A stretch of 64,000 nt of DNA, taken from assembly GCA_035445085.1 (NCBI GenBank), contig DAOMQA010000006.1:21540-85539 (forward strand), read 5' to 3'. The notes beneath the pieces are model-generated. The model ran no database searches, was not told the origin of the DNA, and saw nothing but the letters and a program-made list of their open reading frames with translations. Of this stretch, positions 15,661 to 26,285 are shown piece by piece (the first letter of the stretch is position 1; each line of letters begins with the position of its first letter). The stretch is from Candidatus Kapaibacterium sp. (GTDB taxonomy: Bacteria > Bacteroidota > Ignavibacteria > Kapaibacteriales > UBA2268). The translations under genes were made by a program, and so were the position numbers.

Positions 15661-17844
15661 ATGTCCCGATATTATAGATTGCAAAATCTATCAAAATTGA
15701 AGCAAAATGATTGCGCCGAGCAAGAGTTTGAATTCAAACCCGTTTCAGAATACTTTAACGAATTTGTTTTTGGTCCTGAAGCCAAGAAAAAATACCTTCC
15801 CAACGATATTGTTGAAAAACTTAACGAAACCATTACCAACCATACACAATTAGAACTCGAAGTTGCAGAGATTGTATCTATGGGGTTAAAAAATTGGGCT
15901 ATTGATAATGGTGTTACGCACTATACACATTGGTTCCAACCTCTAACAGGGAAAACGTCAGAAAAACATGATACATTCTTCAAATTTGATAAAAATTGGA
16001 GGGCTATTGAACAATTATCAGGTAATGAATTAATAGTGCAGGAACCAGATGGTTCTAGCTTTCCAACAGGTGGCTTACGTTCAACTCACGAAGCAAGAAG
16101 CTATACAATGTGGGACCCTACATCACCTATTTTTATACGTAGAACAAAATTTGGCAGAACTTTGTGTATACCGGCCATTCTAATTTCATACTCTGGAGAA
16201 TCATTAGATATGAAAGCTCCTTTGCTCAAATCAATGAAGATTATTGATGAGGCAGCTACTAAAGTATGCAAATTATTTGATAAGAATATTACTAGAGTTA
16301 CGCCAACTTTGGGCTGGGAACAAGAATACTTCGTGGTTGATGAGCAATTATATAATGCGCGCCCAGATTTAGTACTATCGGGTAGAACTTTATTTGGTAA
16401 CGCTTCGGCAAGAAATCAACAATTGGCGGACCATTATTTTGGTACAATTCCCGAAAGAGTGTATAATTTCATCATTGAATTTGAACAAGAAGCTCTTAGA
16501 TTAGGCATACCAATCAAAACAAGACATAACGAAGTTGCACCAAATCAATTTGAATGCGCTCCTCATTTTGAATTTGCTAATATAGCAGCAGACCATAACC
16601 TACTTTTGATGGATAACATAGATAAAATTGCCATTAAACATGGTTTAAGAGTATTGTTGCACGAAAAGCCATTTCAAGGGATTAATGGGTCTGGTAAACA
16701 TAATAATTTTTCTATGGCTACTAACACAGGTTTAAATCTATTGGAGCCGGGCAATCATCCTGCATCAAATTTAATGTTTTTAACGTTTTTTATCAATACA
16801 ATAAAGTCTATTGCTGATAATGGAGATTTGCTACGCTCTGCTATTGCTAATGCAGGCAATGATCATAGACTTGGCGCCCACGAAGCTCCACCTGCCATTA
16901 TATCCGTATTTATTGGAGATAACATGCAACACGCGCTAAATAGTTTTCTAAATGATGCTATAGGTGAATTAAATGAAGAGTTTACAGAAAAGTTAAGTGA
17001 TTTTGCTTTAGTGCCTTTTAAAAAACAGCATACAACCGACAGAAATAGAACTTCACCATTTCCATTTACAGGTAATAAATTTGAATTTAGGGCAGCTGGA
17101 TCGTCTGTAAATGTGTCTCAACCAATGACAATATTGAATACTATTGTTGCTGATCAGCTTAATCATTTTTATAATAAAGTGGAAAAATTAATTATCGATG
17201 GAATGCAAACCGAAGATGCTATAAGAGCGACTTTAAAAGAAGTATATTATGAATCTGAAAAGATTATTTTTGATGGAGATAATTATTCGGAAGAATGGAT
17301 AGATGAAGCTGAAAAAAGAGGTTTACCAAACCTCAAAAATACTCCTGAAGCGCTCAAAGTAATGTTGAATAAAAAGAATGTTGAATTATTAGAAAGAAAT
17401 AATATTTTCAAGCAACACGAGATTGAGGCACGGTATAATGTATCTTTAGAAGAATACATTAATAAATTGGAAATTGAAGCTCTTTTGGTAAGCGAAATTG
17501 CTCAAACTATGATAATACCATCTGTTGTAAGCTACCAAAATGAGCTTATTTTAAATGTTCAAGGCTTAAATAACTTAGGATTAGTAAACGAAGCTAATAC
17601 TCATAAAAATCAGCTAATTAAAATATCTAACCATTTAGAAGGTATTATTAGTAATGTAGAGAAAATGGAACAAGCTAAACAAGAAATGGATAGTTTATCT
17701 TTGCAAGAGAAAGCCATATATTATAACGATAAAATTAGACCATTTTTTGATATAATAAGATTTCATGCAGATAAATTAGAGTTAATAGTCGATGACAAAC
17801 ATTGGCAATTACCTAAGTATAGAGAATTATTATTTTTACATTAA
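15661..17844 (+). CDS. glnN: Glutamine synthetase type III
   Basis: 727 aa, the length and domain layout of GSIII as found in Bacteroides and other FCB bacteria. It is followed by a terminator. Confidence 0.8.
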   Translation: MSRYYRLQNLSKLKQNDCAEQEFEFKPVSEYFNEFVFGPEAKKKYLPNDIVEKLNETITNHTQLELEVAEIVSMGLKNWAIDNGVTHYTHWFQPLTGKTSEKHDTFFKFDKNWRAIEQLSGNELIVQEPDGSSFPTGGLRSTHEARSYTMWDPTSPIFIRRTKFGRTLCIPAILISYSGESLDMKAPLLKSMKIIDEAATKVCKLFDKNITRVTPTLGWEQEYFVVDEQLYNARPDLVLSGRTLFGNASARNQQLADHYFGTIPERVYNFIIEFEQEALRLGIPIKTRHNEVAPNQFECAPHFEFANIAADHNLLLMDNIDKIAIKHGLRVLLHEKPFQGINGSGKHNNFSMATNTGLNLLEPGNHPASNLMFLTFFINTIKSIADNGDLLRSAIANAGNDHRLGAHEAPPAIISVFIGDNMQHALNSFLNDAIGELNEEFTEKLSDFALVPFKKQHTTDRNRTSPFPFTGNKFEFRAAGSSVNVSQPMTILNTIVADQLNHFYNKVEKLIIDGMQTEDAIRATLKEVYYESEKIIFDGDNYSEEWIDEAEKRGLPNLKNTPEALKVMLNKKNVELLERNNIFKQHEIEARYNVSLEEYINKLEIEALLVSEIAQTMIIPSVVSYQNELILNVQGLNNLGLVNEANTHKNQLIKISNHLEGIISNVEKMEQAKQEMDSLSLQEKAIYYNDKIRPFFDIIRFHADKLELIVDDKHWQLPKYRELLFLH

Positions 17845-17867
17845 AATCTAAACTTTTAAAATAAATA

Positions 17868-17905
17868 TATGAGGTAGTTTAAAATAAAGCTACCTCATTT
17901 TATAT
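17868..17905 (+). terminator. Rho-independent terminator after glnN
   Basis: tatgaggtag / ctacctcat inverted repeat with a 12-nt loop, followed by TTTATATTAT. Confidence 0.6.
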
Positions 17906-17960
17906 TATAGCAAGCTAATTACACCTAAATTTACTAAAAAATTAAAGAAAATATTTTATA

Positions 17961-20900
17961 TTGCGTCTAATCAAAACTATGAACAATGAAAAAAATGAGA
18001 AAGAAAAAAAGAGAACTCTATTCTACTATATCCGTAGAATATTGCTTATTCTAATATTATTTTTTTTTATTGGCGCTACTTCACTCGTAATTTTAGTAAA
18101 CTTTCAATTCTTCAGGTCATGGGCATTAAATAGAATACTTAGCATAGTTAATAATGAACTAACCTCAAAAATTGAGGTAGATGATCTATATTTTAGTCTA
18201 ATAAATGGAATAATATTAAAAGATGCTCGCTTATTAGTTGCAGGTGATACTTTAGCACAAGTAAGGGAAATTAATTTATCCTTAAATATTTCCAAGTTAA
18301 TTAATAATGACATTAATGTTTATCACCTAAAATTGATTGATGCTAAAGTAAGGTTATTAAGAAGTAAAGATAGTACGTGGAATTTTGATAAAATTGCAGC
18401 ACCATCACAAGATACTTCAAACTCTGATACGAAAATCAAAATATTTGCTAATAAAATGATTTTTCAGAACGTTGATTTTCTATATTATGATTCTACCTCT
18501 GTAATCGATAGCTCTGGTATAATTGATTTTTCACATTTTCACTTTAAAGATGTACAATTAGAAACAGAAGTCTATGCAGATTTGTATAACAGTGAGTTTA
18601 AGCTCAATATTAATAACCTTCATCTAATAGAAGGCAACACTAAGGCAAAAGTTGATGATTTAAAAGGTGAGTTAGGAATTAATACAAATGGACCATACGC
18701 AAAAAACATAACGGGCAAACTTGATAAATCAGAATTTGTAATCAATGCTTCACTAGATAATTTTAATGCTTTTACTGAAAAAGCACCTCTAATAGAGCAA
18801 GCAAACATTAAACTTGACTTAATTACGCACAACTTTGATTCAAAAATTGTTGATTATTTTTATATAATGCCGATAAAGGTTGGTAGAATCCACGACGGAT
18901 ATATTAATATATCTGGTAATCTTTATGATTTAGAGGTAAAAAAGCTAAATATAATATCTGATGAGCAAGAAATTTATATATCCGGCAAATTATTTGATAT
19001 TCCAGAGGCAAAGAAGTTTCATTATTATTTAGATTTAAGCAACTCCCAGATTACTGAAAATACATTAAAACAGACTTTGCCTACAATTGACTTCTCTGCA
19101 TTCCCTATGTTTGAGAGAATAAATTCAAATAAATTAATAATTAAAGGAAATACGCATTATATAAATTCGGATTTGAATCTTATTACGTCGATGGGGGATA
19201 TAAAGGGGCAGTTTGCTCTTGACTTTAATAAACTTGCTTACCAAACTAATTTGGAATTTGCTAATGCAGATTTATCTAAAATTATAAGAAATAACGATAT
19301 AAAAAGTAATTTAAATGGTAACCTAATTGCCAAAGGCTCTAATTTTGATATAGAAAATTTATTAATTGACCTGAATTTAGAGCTTAATAATTCTAAGTTT
19401 AGAAATCTAAATATTAACAGCTTAACAACAAAGTTAAATATTCGAGATAAGAAGGTAATTCGTGTTGATTCTGTACAACTAAACTTAAGTAGAACGAATG
19501 AATGGGCTGAATCAAAATACGACGATTTCTATAATAATAAGTCTGCAAACATTTATTTAGCTGGCTTGATAGATATTAACAACTTTAAAAATCCCAAATA
19601 TGATTTAAATATCAAATTGGATGCTTTAGATTTAAACCAACTTTTACTGAATGAAAAACTACCCGACCACTTATCTGGAAATATAAGTGTTAATGGAAGT
19701 GGTATCAACCTTGATTCTTTGAAAGGTGATTATCAATTTACTATTAACGAACTTTTATTCAAAGATAGAGCCATCTTCCCATTCGTTGCTAATATCAAAT
19801 TTGATAAGCAAGACTCTATACATAGTATCATAATAGATTCAGATTATTTAAATGCAAATTTAAATGGTAACTTTGTAACTTCGCAGTTGATAAGTGGATT
19901 GTCAAATCAGGCTAACTTCTTATCTAATTTTATTGAGAATAAATTAGATAAGATAAAACCAGATTTCGTAACATTAGGTAGCGAATCAGGAATTTTAAAA
20001 AAATTAATAGTAAAAGAATTTCCTAAAATTAATGGTAGTTTTTATGCTGATATTAAAGATATATCAATCATTAACACATTAATTGATAGTTTAGAACTAA
20101 ATTCTCAAATGCTATTTAAGATGGATATTTATTCTGATAATAAAAATAGTACAATCAATATTGATACTCTCGATATCCAATATTTGAAAATAAAGAATAA
20201 TGATTTTATTATTCAAGCAAACAATTTAGTAGCTCATTCTAAGGTGTCCTTAGAAATTAAGGATACAATACTAAATTTTAAACGATTTAACATTGATATT
20301 CCACAAAGTCAATTTTTTGTATATAATAATACAATTTTATATGAACCAACGTTAAAAGTAGATTTTGATGGTGAAACTCTAAATTTCAGCGGAAGTGTAG
20401 GCTTTAATGAGCAATTGAGAGCTAATTTAGAAGGTAATTTGATATTACAGAATGGCGGTGTTGATCTAAATATAGATAATGGAGCATTAAATTTTCAGGA
20501 TAGTATTAGCTGGGTGGTATCTAATCCATTTACTGTCAATTCTTATGGTGAGTATTTCAAGATTGATAATTTTAAATTAACCCGTAATAATTTTGAATCG
20601 TTAGAAATACAAGGTAGCATCAAAGATAATATAGCCGAAAATATGAATATTCATGCACAAAATCTTCTTACTCAAAATTTAGTGCAAATTTTTGCACCAA
20701 GTATATACGAAGATTTAAGTACACTTAAATTAACTATTGACACTTTAAATTTGAATATTAATGGCGATTTGAAAAGTCCCGATATAAAATTAAATTTCCA
20801 ATCAGATTCTTTATATTTCAATAATGTTGCTATTGGCTCATTCAACGGAGATTTGCGACACTCTAATAATTTTATTCAAGGGAATATTGTTTCTAAGGAT

Positions 20901-22541
20901 AATATATCAAATAAAGTAATAAATTTAGAGGTAAATTCTTTACCAATTTATTTAGGATTAGACACTAACTTGTCAATTATTGATACTAATCGAATTTTTG
21001 ATATAAAACTATTAGTAAGTAAATTACCTGCTGGTATGTTAGAGCCGTTTGCAAGTGGTGTGAACCGTTTAAAGGGAGATGTAGATGCTAATATTGCTAT
21101 ACGCGGCTATTTGCCAGATAAAATAAAGTGGGGTGGTGAATGCAATATAAATAACGGTGAATTTTGGGTAGATAACACAAATATTAAGTATTTAGCTGAA
21201 GCTAAAACAGTGTTTGAAGAAAATAAACTAAAAATAAACCAAATGATTGTGAAAAACAGACCTGATGATGTTCAATTTGGAAGAGTTGGGTCTGCGAGTA
21301 TTACAGGTTATGTAAATATTGATAACTTTAAACCTGGATATATGGATTTAAAAATTAAAACTGATAGAATTCTTGCTTTAAGTGATGCGTCAAGTGCCAA
21401 AATGCCTGAATTATATGGTAATTTTATTATGACAACTGGCGAAGTTCCATTAAGATTTTTTGGAACACTACAAGAACCGAATTTAGAAGGCGATATTAAT
21501 GTAATGTATGCTAATATTAAAATGCCTTTGTTTGAAAAGCGGAAGTCCGTAAGAACAACATTTGACTATCATTTGGAAGGCGATAGATATAAAGTAAAAA
21601 TAAAAAATAGTCGCGACACCATTACTCATCCCGAGGATGAAGTCAAAACAAAGAAGGGTAGCGATCTTTTAGACTTAATGAACTTAAATTTAAGGATTAA
21701 GTTATTAGGACAGTTTGCAGTGAAAATGGATATGGAACTGATTGGAGAAATGAATGCCTTAATAGGCGTTCCAGATAAAACTGTACCTTTGATTTACCAG
21801 AAGAAAAGATATGCGAAAGATGCTAATCTTTTTGGAGAAGTAATAGTAAAAGAACAATCAATTATTAAATCATTAAAACAATTTAATACCTATGGTAATG
21901 TAAGTTTTCCTACTGGCTCAATCGAGAATCCAACATTAGACTTGATAGCAACCCATACAGGAACTTCATATTCAGGTAATATTAAAACACAATATTTAAT
22001 CAAGATGTATATTACGGGGACAAAGTTAGACCCAAAAGTTAAGTTCCAGTATTTTATAAATGGAGAAGAAGGCACTGGTTCACAGGAGCAAATTAATGAA
22101 GATGCCCTTTACTTATTAGCGTTAGGTAGAACTAAAAATTCTGTAACTCAAACACAAGGTAATAATAGCTTAATTAATGAAGGGTTAGTATCGGGCTTTT
22201 CAAATTTTGCTAATAAAGCGCTGAGTGAGCTATTAGCCAGCACAGGCGTAATACAAAGTGCTGCCTTGGATTTCAGGGGTGGTGCAATTGATTTAGATCA
22301 AGCAACAGTAAAATTCTCTGGTCAAATTTATGGAGGTATTAGTTGGACGTTTGGAGGTAGTCTTTCTGATATTTCTGGCAATAATGAAATTACTTTAGAT
22401 ATACCTGCTTCAGAATTTTTAGAAAATCAATTCTGGTCTAATTTTATTTTGCAATTTACAAAAGCCTCATCAACCACTACAATTGTTACTCAAGATGCAA
22501 AAAACTGGGAAATTAAAGTAAAATTTGGTAATAGTTGGTAA
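17961..22541 (+). CDS. tamB: TamB/AsmA-family translocation and assembly module protein (N-terminal TM anchor, long beta-rich periplasmic domain, DUF490-like C-terminus)
   Basis: 1526 aa. There is a single N-terminal TM helix (ILLILILFFFIGATSLVILV). The remainder is a very long, repetitive beta-strand-rich region ending ...NWEIKVKFGNSW. No tamA is adjacent. Confidence 0.6.
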   Translation: MRLIKTMNNEKNEKEKKRTLFYYIRRILLILILFFFIGATSLVILVNFQFFRSWALNRILSIVNNELTSKIEVDDLYFSLINGIILKDARLLVAGDTLAQVREINLSLNISKLINNDINVYHLKLIDAKVRLLRSKDSTWNFDKIAAPSQDTSNSDTKIKIFANKMIFQNVDFLYYDSTSVIDSSGIIDFSHFHFKDVQLETEVYADLYNSEFKLNINNLHLIEGNTKAKVDDLKGELGINTNGPYAKNITGKLDKSEFVINASLDNFNAFTEKAPLIEQANIKLDLITHNFDSKIVDYFYIMPIKVGRIHDGYINISGNLYDLEVKKLNIISDEQEIYISGKLFDIPEAKKFHYYLDLSNSQITENTLKQTLPTIDFSAFPMFERINSNKLIIKGNTHYINSDLNLITSMGDIKGQFALDFNKLAYQTNLEFANADLSKIIRNNDIKSNLNGNLIAKGSNFDIENLLIDLNLELNNSKFRNLNINSLTTKLNIRDKKVIRVDSVQLNLSRTNEWAESKYDDFYNNKSANIYLAGLIDINNFKNPKYDLNIKLDALDLNQLLLNEKLPDHLSGNISVNGSGINLDSLKGDYQFTINELLFKDRAIFPFVANIKFDKQDSIHSIIIDSDYLNANLNGNFVTSQLISGLSNQANFLSNFIENKLDKIKPDFVTLGSESGILKKLIVKEFPKINGSFYADIKDISIINTLIDSLELNSQMLFKMDIYSDNKNSTINIDTLDIQYLKIKNNDFIIQANNLVAHSKVSLEIKDTILNFKRFNIDIPQSQFFVYNNTILYEPTLKVDFDGETLNFSGSVGFNEQLRANLEGNLILQNGGVDLNIDNGALNFQDSISWVVSNPFTVNSYGEYFKIDNFKLTRNNFESLEIQGSIKDNIAENMNIHAQNLLTQNLVQIFAPSIYEDLSTLKLTIDTLNLNINGDLKSPDIKLNFQSDSLYFNNVAIGSFNGDLRHSNNFIQGNIVSKDNISNKVINLEVNSLPIYLGLDTNLSIIDTNRIFDIKLLVSKLPAGMLEPFASGVNRLKGDVDANIAIRGYLPDKIKWGGECNINNGEFWVDNTNIKYLAEAKTVFEENKLKINQMIVKNRPDDVQFGRVGSASITGYVNIDNFKPGYMDLKIKTDRILALSDASSAKMPELYGNFIMTTGEVPLRFFGTLQEPNLEGDINVMYANIKMPLFEKRKSVRTTFDYHLEGDRYKVKIKNSRDTITHPEDEVKTKKGSDLLDLMNLNLRIKLLGQFAVKMDMELIGEMNALIGVPDKTVPLIYQKKRYAKDANLFGEVIVKEQSIIKSLKQFNTYGNVSFPTGSIENPTLDLIATHTGTSYSGNIKTQYLIKMYITGTKLDPKVKFQYFINGEEGTGSQEQINEDALYLLALGRTKNSVTQTQGNNSLINEGLVSGFSNFANKALSELLASTGVIQSAALDFRGGAIDLDQATVKFSGQIYGGISWTFGGSLSDISGNNEITLDIPASEFLENQFWSNFILQFTKASSTTTIVTQDAKNWEIKVKFGNSW

Positions 22542-22604
22542 TTTTCAAATAAAACCATCTTTAGTATAACAAATTTGGTAACTACGAGTACAAAATTTAT
22601 TAAT

Positions 22605-22645
22605 TAATTTGATATTTAGGCATAATTTTTTCTATATTTGTGCAA
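22605..22645 (+). promoter_or_regulatory. Putative promoter of the sensor kinase gene (-7 element TATATTTG, upstream TTG)
   Basis: ctatatttgtgc matches TAnnTTTG about 35 nt upstream of the ATG at 22677. A TTG lies about 20 nt further upstream. Confidence 0.35.
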
Positions 22646-22676
22646 AGTGAATTATATTGAATTATAAAGTTAATAT

Positions 22677-25601
22677 ATGCAAAAAGTATATGTATTTATC
22701 ATATTATTATTAAGTTGTAGATTTGTATGTTCTGCAGAAGATACAATCACTCAAGAAAAATACCTAAAAAATAAAGGTAAAGAAACAGTTACACCTTCAG
22801 CTATTTCTAGAATAAGTCAATTATACTTTGATGCTTACCAATTATATAATAATAATTTACCTGGTGTAGAAAAATACGCCGATACAATCGAGCAAATTGT
22901 ATCGCAAATTAATTTTGAAAAGGGGTATGCCTATGTAAATGAAATTAGGGCAATAGCTTTAATGAATAAGGCTAAATTTAACGACGCAAATCGTTACTTC
23001 CAAAAAGCATTAGATTTGTATACAAAATATAAAGATACAACCAATATTGCTAATATACATACTAATATCGGTATTTTGTATGCTGACATGTATCTCTATG
23101 ATAAATGTATACAACATTATTTTGAGGCTGTAAAATTATATTCTGCACAAAATGATTTGCAAAATGTAGGGAGGACTTATTATAATATTGCTAATATTTA
23201 TATACGGACTGGCAATGATGAAAAGTCCCTAGAAGTTCTCTTAAAAGCTAAAAAAATACTTCTTCAAGCCAATAGTGAATTTGGTGTTGCTATGGTAGAA
23301 ATGAGCTTGTCTAATGTTTATATCGGTAAAGGTGATTATAGTAAAGCTTGGGAATTAGTATTAAATGCTGAGAAGATTTTTAAGGATAAACAAAATATAC
23401 TACCAGCTTCTATGGTTGGAATTTATAGGGATAAAGGTAGGATTTATGAATATCGAAGAGAAAATGATAAGGCTTTAAAAGACTACTATAAGGGATATTT
23501 ACTATCTAAGAAACTTAACCTGAAGGATAATCTTTTGACTTCAGCTGATCTGTATGCTAAGCTTTTAATAAAAATGAATCATACAGATTCGGCTCTGACT
23601 TTTCTAAATATGCTTGATACGTCGCTTCAAAGCACTAGATTTTTTAATGAATTAAAGCTAGTGTATACTACTTATTCCAATATTTACGCTAAAAAAGGTG
23701 TATACGACTCTGCTTACTTCTATATAAACAAAGCTGCAATTATGGCTGATAGTGTATATAATATAGATATGCTGAATAGACTAAATCAAGCGGATGTTAT
23801 ATTTAGTATATATGAAAAGGATAAATACATAAAATATCTCCAACAAAAAAAGACCATTGACGAATTGGAGTTACAAAAAATTGATTTGAACTTTAATATT
23901 TTATCGATTGTTTCAATCTCAATCTTTATTGCTTTTCTATTACTAATTGTATTTTTAATCTATCGTCATAGAAAAACTAAAGAGCAATTATTGCTTAAAG
24001 AGCAGATTACTATTGCTCAAAGTAGACTGAAACAAATATTAGATGGGACCGACCAAGGCATCTATGGTTTAGACAAAGACGGGTTATGTACTTTTATAAA
24101 TACTGCCGCTTGTCAAATAATTGGCTTTGAACACGATGAATGTATTGGACGCAATATGCATCACCTAATACACCACCATCATTCTGATGGTAGTTATTTC
24201 CCAGCTGAAGAGTGCTTAATTTATAAAAGGAAAAATGAAAGTTTTAGAATAGAAGGTGAGTGCTTTTATAAAAAAGATGGTAGTAGCTTTATGGCTGAAT
24301 ACTCATATAATCCACTATTTGAGAATGATGTTTTAGTAGGTTCGGTGATTTCCTTCTTCGATATTACGGAGCGGCTAAAAATTAAAGAAGCAATAGCAGA
24401 TAGTGAAAGAAAATATAGGATATTAACTGATAACTCTGATGATGTAATTTGGACAGCGAGCTTAGACGGTAAACTAACTTATATAAGCCCCGCCATCTAT
24501 TATTTATTGGGATATACTCCACAAGAAATTATGCCGTTATCTTTAGAGCAAGTAATTGTTAAAGAGTCATTTACTAGAATGGAAGAGCTTTTTATAGCAG
24601 CAATGGAAGAAGTAAATACTGGCTTAAAAATAAACTCTGAACCAGTAGAAATTGAACATATTAGAAAAGATGGTACAAAAGTTTGGGCAGAAGTTGTTAA
24701 TAAAGTAATGTATGATTTAGATTATAATCCAATAGGGATAGTAGGTATTACACGTAATATTAATGATAAGAAAATTGCTCAACAAGAAAAAGAATTGTTA
24801 CTCAAACAATTAAAGGTAACAAACGAAACATTAGAAATTAGCTTAACACAAAAGGGAGCATTAATAGAAGAGTTAAGCAATTCCAAAGCTGAATTAGAAA
24901 AATTAAATACTGAAAAGGATAAATTCTTTTCAATAATAGCACATGATTTACGATCTCCTTTTGCTGGATTTTTAGGACTTACAGAGGTATTAGCTAATGA
25001 TGTCAATGTATTTTCCAAAGATGAACTAAAAGATTTAAGTATGAACATGAAAGATTCGGCAACGAATCTATATAAATTATTAGATAATTTACTTCAGTGG
25101 TCGCGCATGCAAAGAGCTCAATTAGAAATTACAAAAGAAGAGTTTGTAATTAACCTAATGATTGAGCAAAATATACAATTACAATCTGAAGTTGCTAGGC
25201 AAAAAAATATCAAAATTGAAAATCTCTTACCTGATGCAGTATTAGTTTATGCTGATGTAGCTATGTTAAATACAGTTATAAGGAACATATTATCTAATTC
25301 AGTCAAATTTACTAATATTGGTGGGCGTATCGAAATTGGTGTTACTCATCAAACAAACAATAACATGCTATGTATATATATACAAGATAATGGTATTGGC
25401 ATGCCCGACACGATAAAAAATAATTTATTCAAAATGGATAGTAAGATATCAAGGTTAGGTACAAATAACGAACCTAGTACGGGATTGGGTTTGATGCTTT
25501 GCAAGGAATTTATTACAAAAAATAACGGTACAATTACTGTAGAAAGTAAAGAAGGATTAGGTAGTACTTTTTATATTGAAATACCATCTCATCGCAACTA
25601 A
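22677..25601 (+). CDS. Orphan hybrid-architecture sensor histidine kinase: signal peptide, TPR repeats, TM helix, 2 PAS domains, HisKA, HATPase_c; no receiver domain and no adjacent response regulator
   Basis: 974 aa. TPR-like repeats (YYNIANIY, YRDKGRIYEY) are present. A TM helix is present (LSIVSISIFIAFLLLIVFLIY). PAS-like regions include the histidine-rich CIGRNMHHLIHHHHSDG. The H-box is FFSIIAHDLRSPF, and the ATPase G-boxes are DNGIGMP and GLGLMLCKEF. Confidence 0.85.
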   Translation: MQKVYVFIILLLSCRFVCSAEDTITQEKYLKNKGKETVTPSAISRISQLYFDAYQLYNNNLPGVEKYADTIEQIVSQINFEKGYAYVNEIRAIALMNKAKFNDANRYFQKALDLYTKYKDTTNIANIHTNIGILYADMYLYDKCIQHYFEAVKLYSAQNDLQNVGRTYYNIANIYIRTGNDEKSLEVLLKAKKILLQANSEFGVAMVEMSLSNVYIGKGDYSKAWELVLNAEKIFKDKQNILPASMVGIYRDKGRIYEYRRENDKALKDYYKGYLLSKKLNLKDNLLTSADLYAKLLIKMNHTDSALTFLNMLDTSLQSTRFFNELKLVYTTYSNIYAKKGVYDSAYFYINKAAIMADSVYNIDMLNRLNQADVIFSIYEKDKYIKYLQQKKTIDELELQKIDLNFNILSIVSISIFIAFLLLIVFLIYRHRKTKEQLLLKEQITIAQSRLKQILDGTDQGIYGLDKDGLCTFINTAACQIIGFEHDECIGRNMHHLIHHHHSDGSYFPAEECLIYKRKNESFRIEGECFYKKDGSSFMAEYSYNPLFENDVLVGSVISFFDITERLKIKEAIADSERKYRILTDNSDDVIWTASLDGKLTYISPAIYYLLGYTPQEIMPLSLEQVIVKESFTRMEELFIAAMEEVNTGLKINSEPVEIEHIRKDGTKVWAEVVNKVMYDLDYNPIGIVGITRNINDKKIAQQEKELLLKQLKVTNETLEISLTQKGALIEELSNSKAELEKLNTEKDKFFSIIAHDLRSPFAGFLGLTEVLANDVNVFSKDELKDLSMNMKDSATNLYKLLDNLLQWSRMQRAQLEITKEEFVINLMIEQNIQLQSEVARQKNIKIENLLPDAVLVYADVAMLNTVIRNILSNSVKFTNIGGRIEIGVTHQTNNNMLCIYIQDNGIGMPDTIKNNLFKMDSKISRLGTNNEPSTGLGLMLCKEFITKNNGTITVESKEGLGSTFYIEIPSHRN

Positions 25602-25685
25602 ACCTAATTAATTGAAACAAAAGTTCAAGCTCAATCGTATTTCAAATATTGAGTTTAATAATTAATAAAAAAATATGAGTATTAA

Positions 25686-26285
25686 ATGGAAAATAATGAC
25701 CAAAATATAGTTGATTACGCAAATATGATGCCTGATTATTCTTATAATAATCCCTATGATTTTAGAGTAGGATTTGGCAGGAGACTTGGAGCATATATAA
25801 TTGATTATTTGATATATTCTTTGGTATTTGCTATTGTATTAATTGTTACGGGAAGAGGAGATGAATTCTTAGACGCAATGGGAAGCGCTGGAACGATAGA
25901 TTATACAGAATTAAGTCGAATTGCTTCTTCGATAGCTCCATTAGCGTTAACTATTTCAATTATTTATTATTCTTTAGAAGCTTTTATTGGTGCTACACTC
26001 GGTAAACTTACTTTAGGGATAAAAATTGCCTCTTCAGATAGAACTGAAGCTCCCATAGCAAAATTATTAATACGATTTGCAGTCAAAAATATTAATACGC
26101 TAATTGCTATAGTAGGCTTGATGATTCCAGCTATATCTTTTGTAGGGACTATTACTGGGACAATAGTTTTTATTGGATTTTTCTTTATCTTAAATAGAAA
26201 AAAACAGGGCTTTCATGATTTAGCTGCGGACACAGCTGTATTTTATAAAGAGGATATTCTAAAACCACAAATAGGTGAATTATAA
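25686..26285 (+). CDS. RDD family membrane protein
   Basis: 199 aa. The RDD-domain start is FGRRLGAYIIDYLIYSLVFAIVL, and there are 3-4 predicted TM helices. Confidence 0.55.
   Translation: MENNDQNIVDYANMMPDYSYNNPYDFRVGFGRRLGAYIIDYLIYSLVFAIVLIVTGRGDEFLDAMGSAGTIDYTELSRIASSIAPLALTISIIYYSLEAFIGATLGKLTLGIKIASSDRTEAPIAKLLIRFAVKNINTLIAIVGLMIPAISFVGTITGTIVFIGFFFILNRKKQGFHDLAADTAVFYKEDILKPQIGEL

Noticed and set aside
25610-25660. Possible terminator hairpin (ctcaat...attgag) after the sensor kinase gene
   Set aside because: The stem is only 6 bp with a 12-nt loop and no clear U-tract. It is too weak to call.
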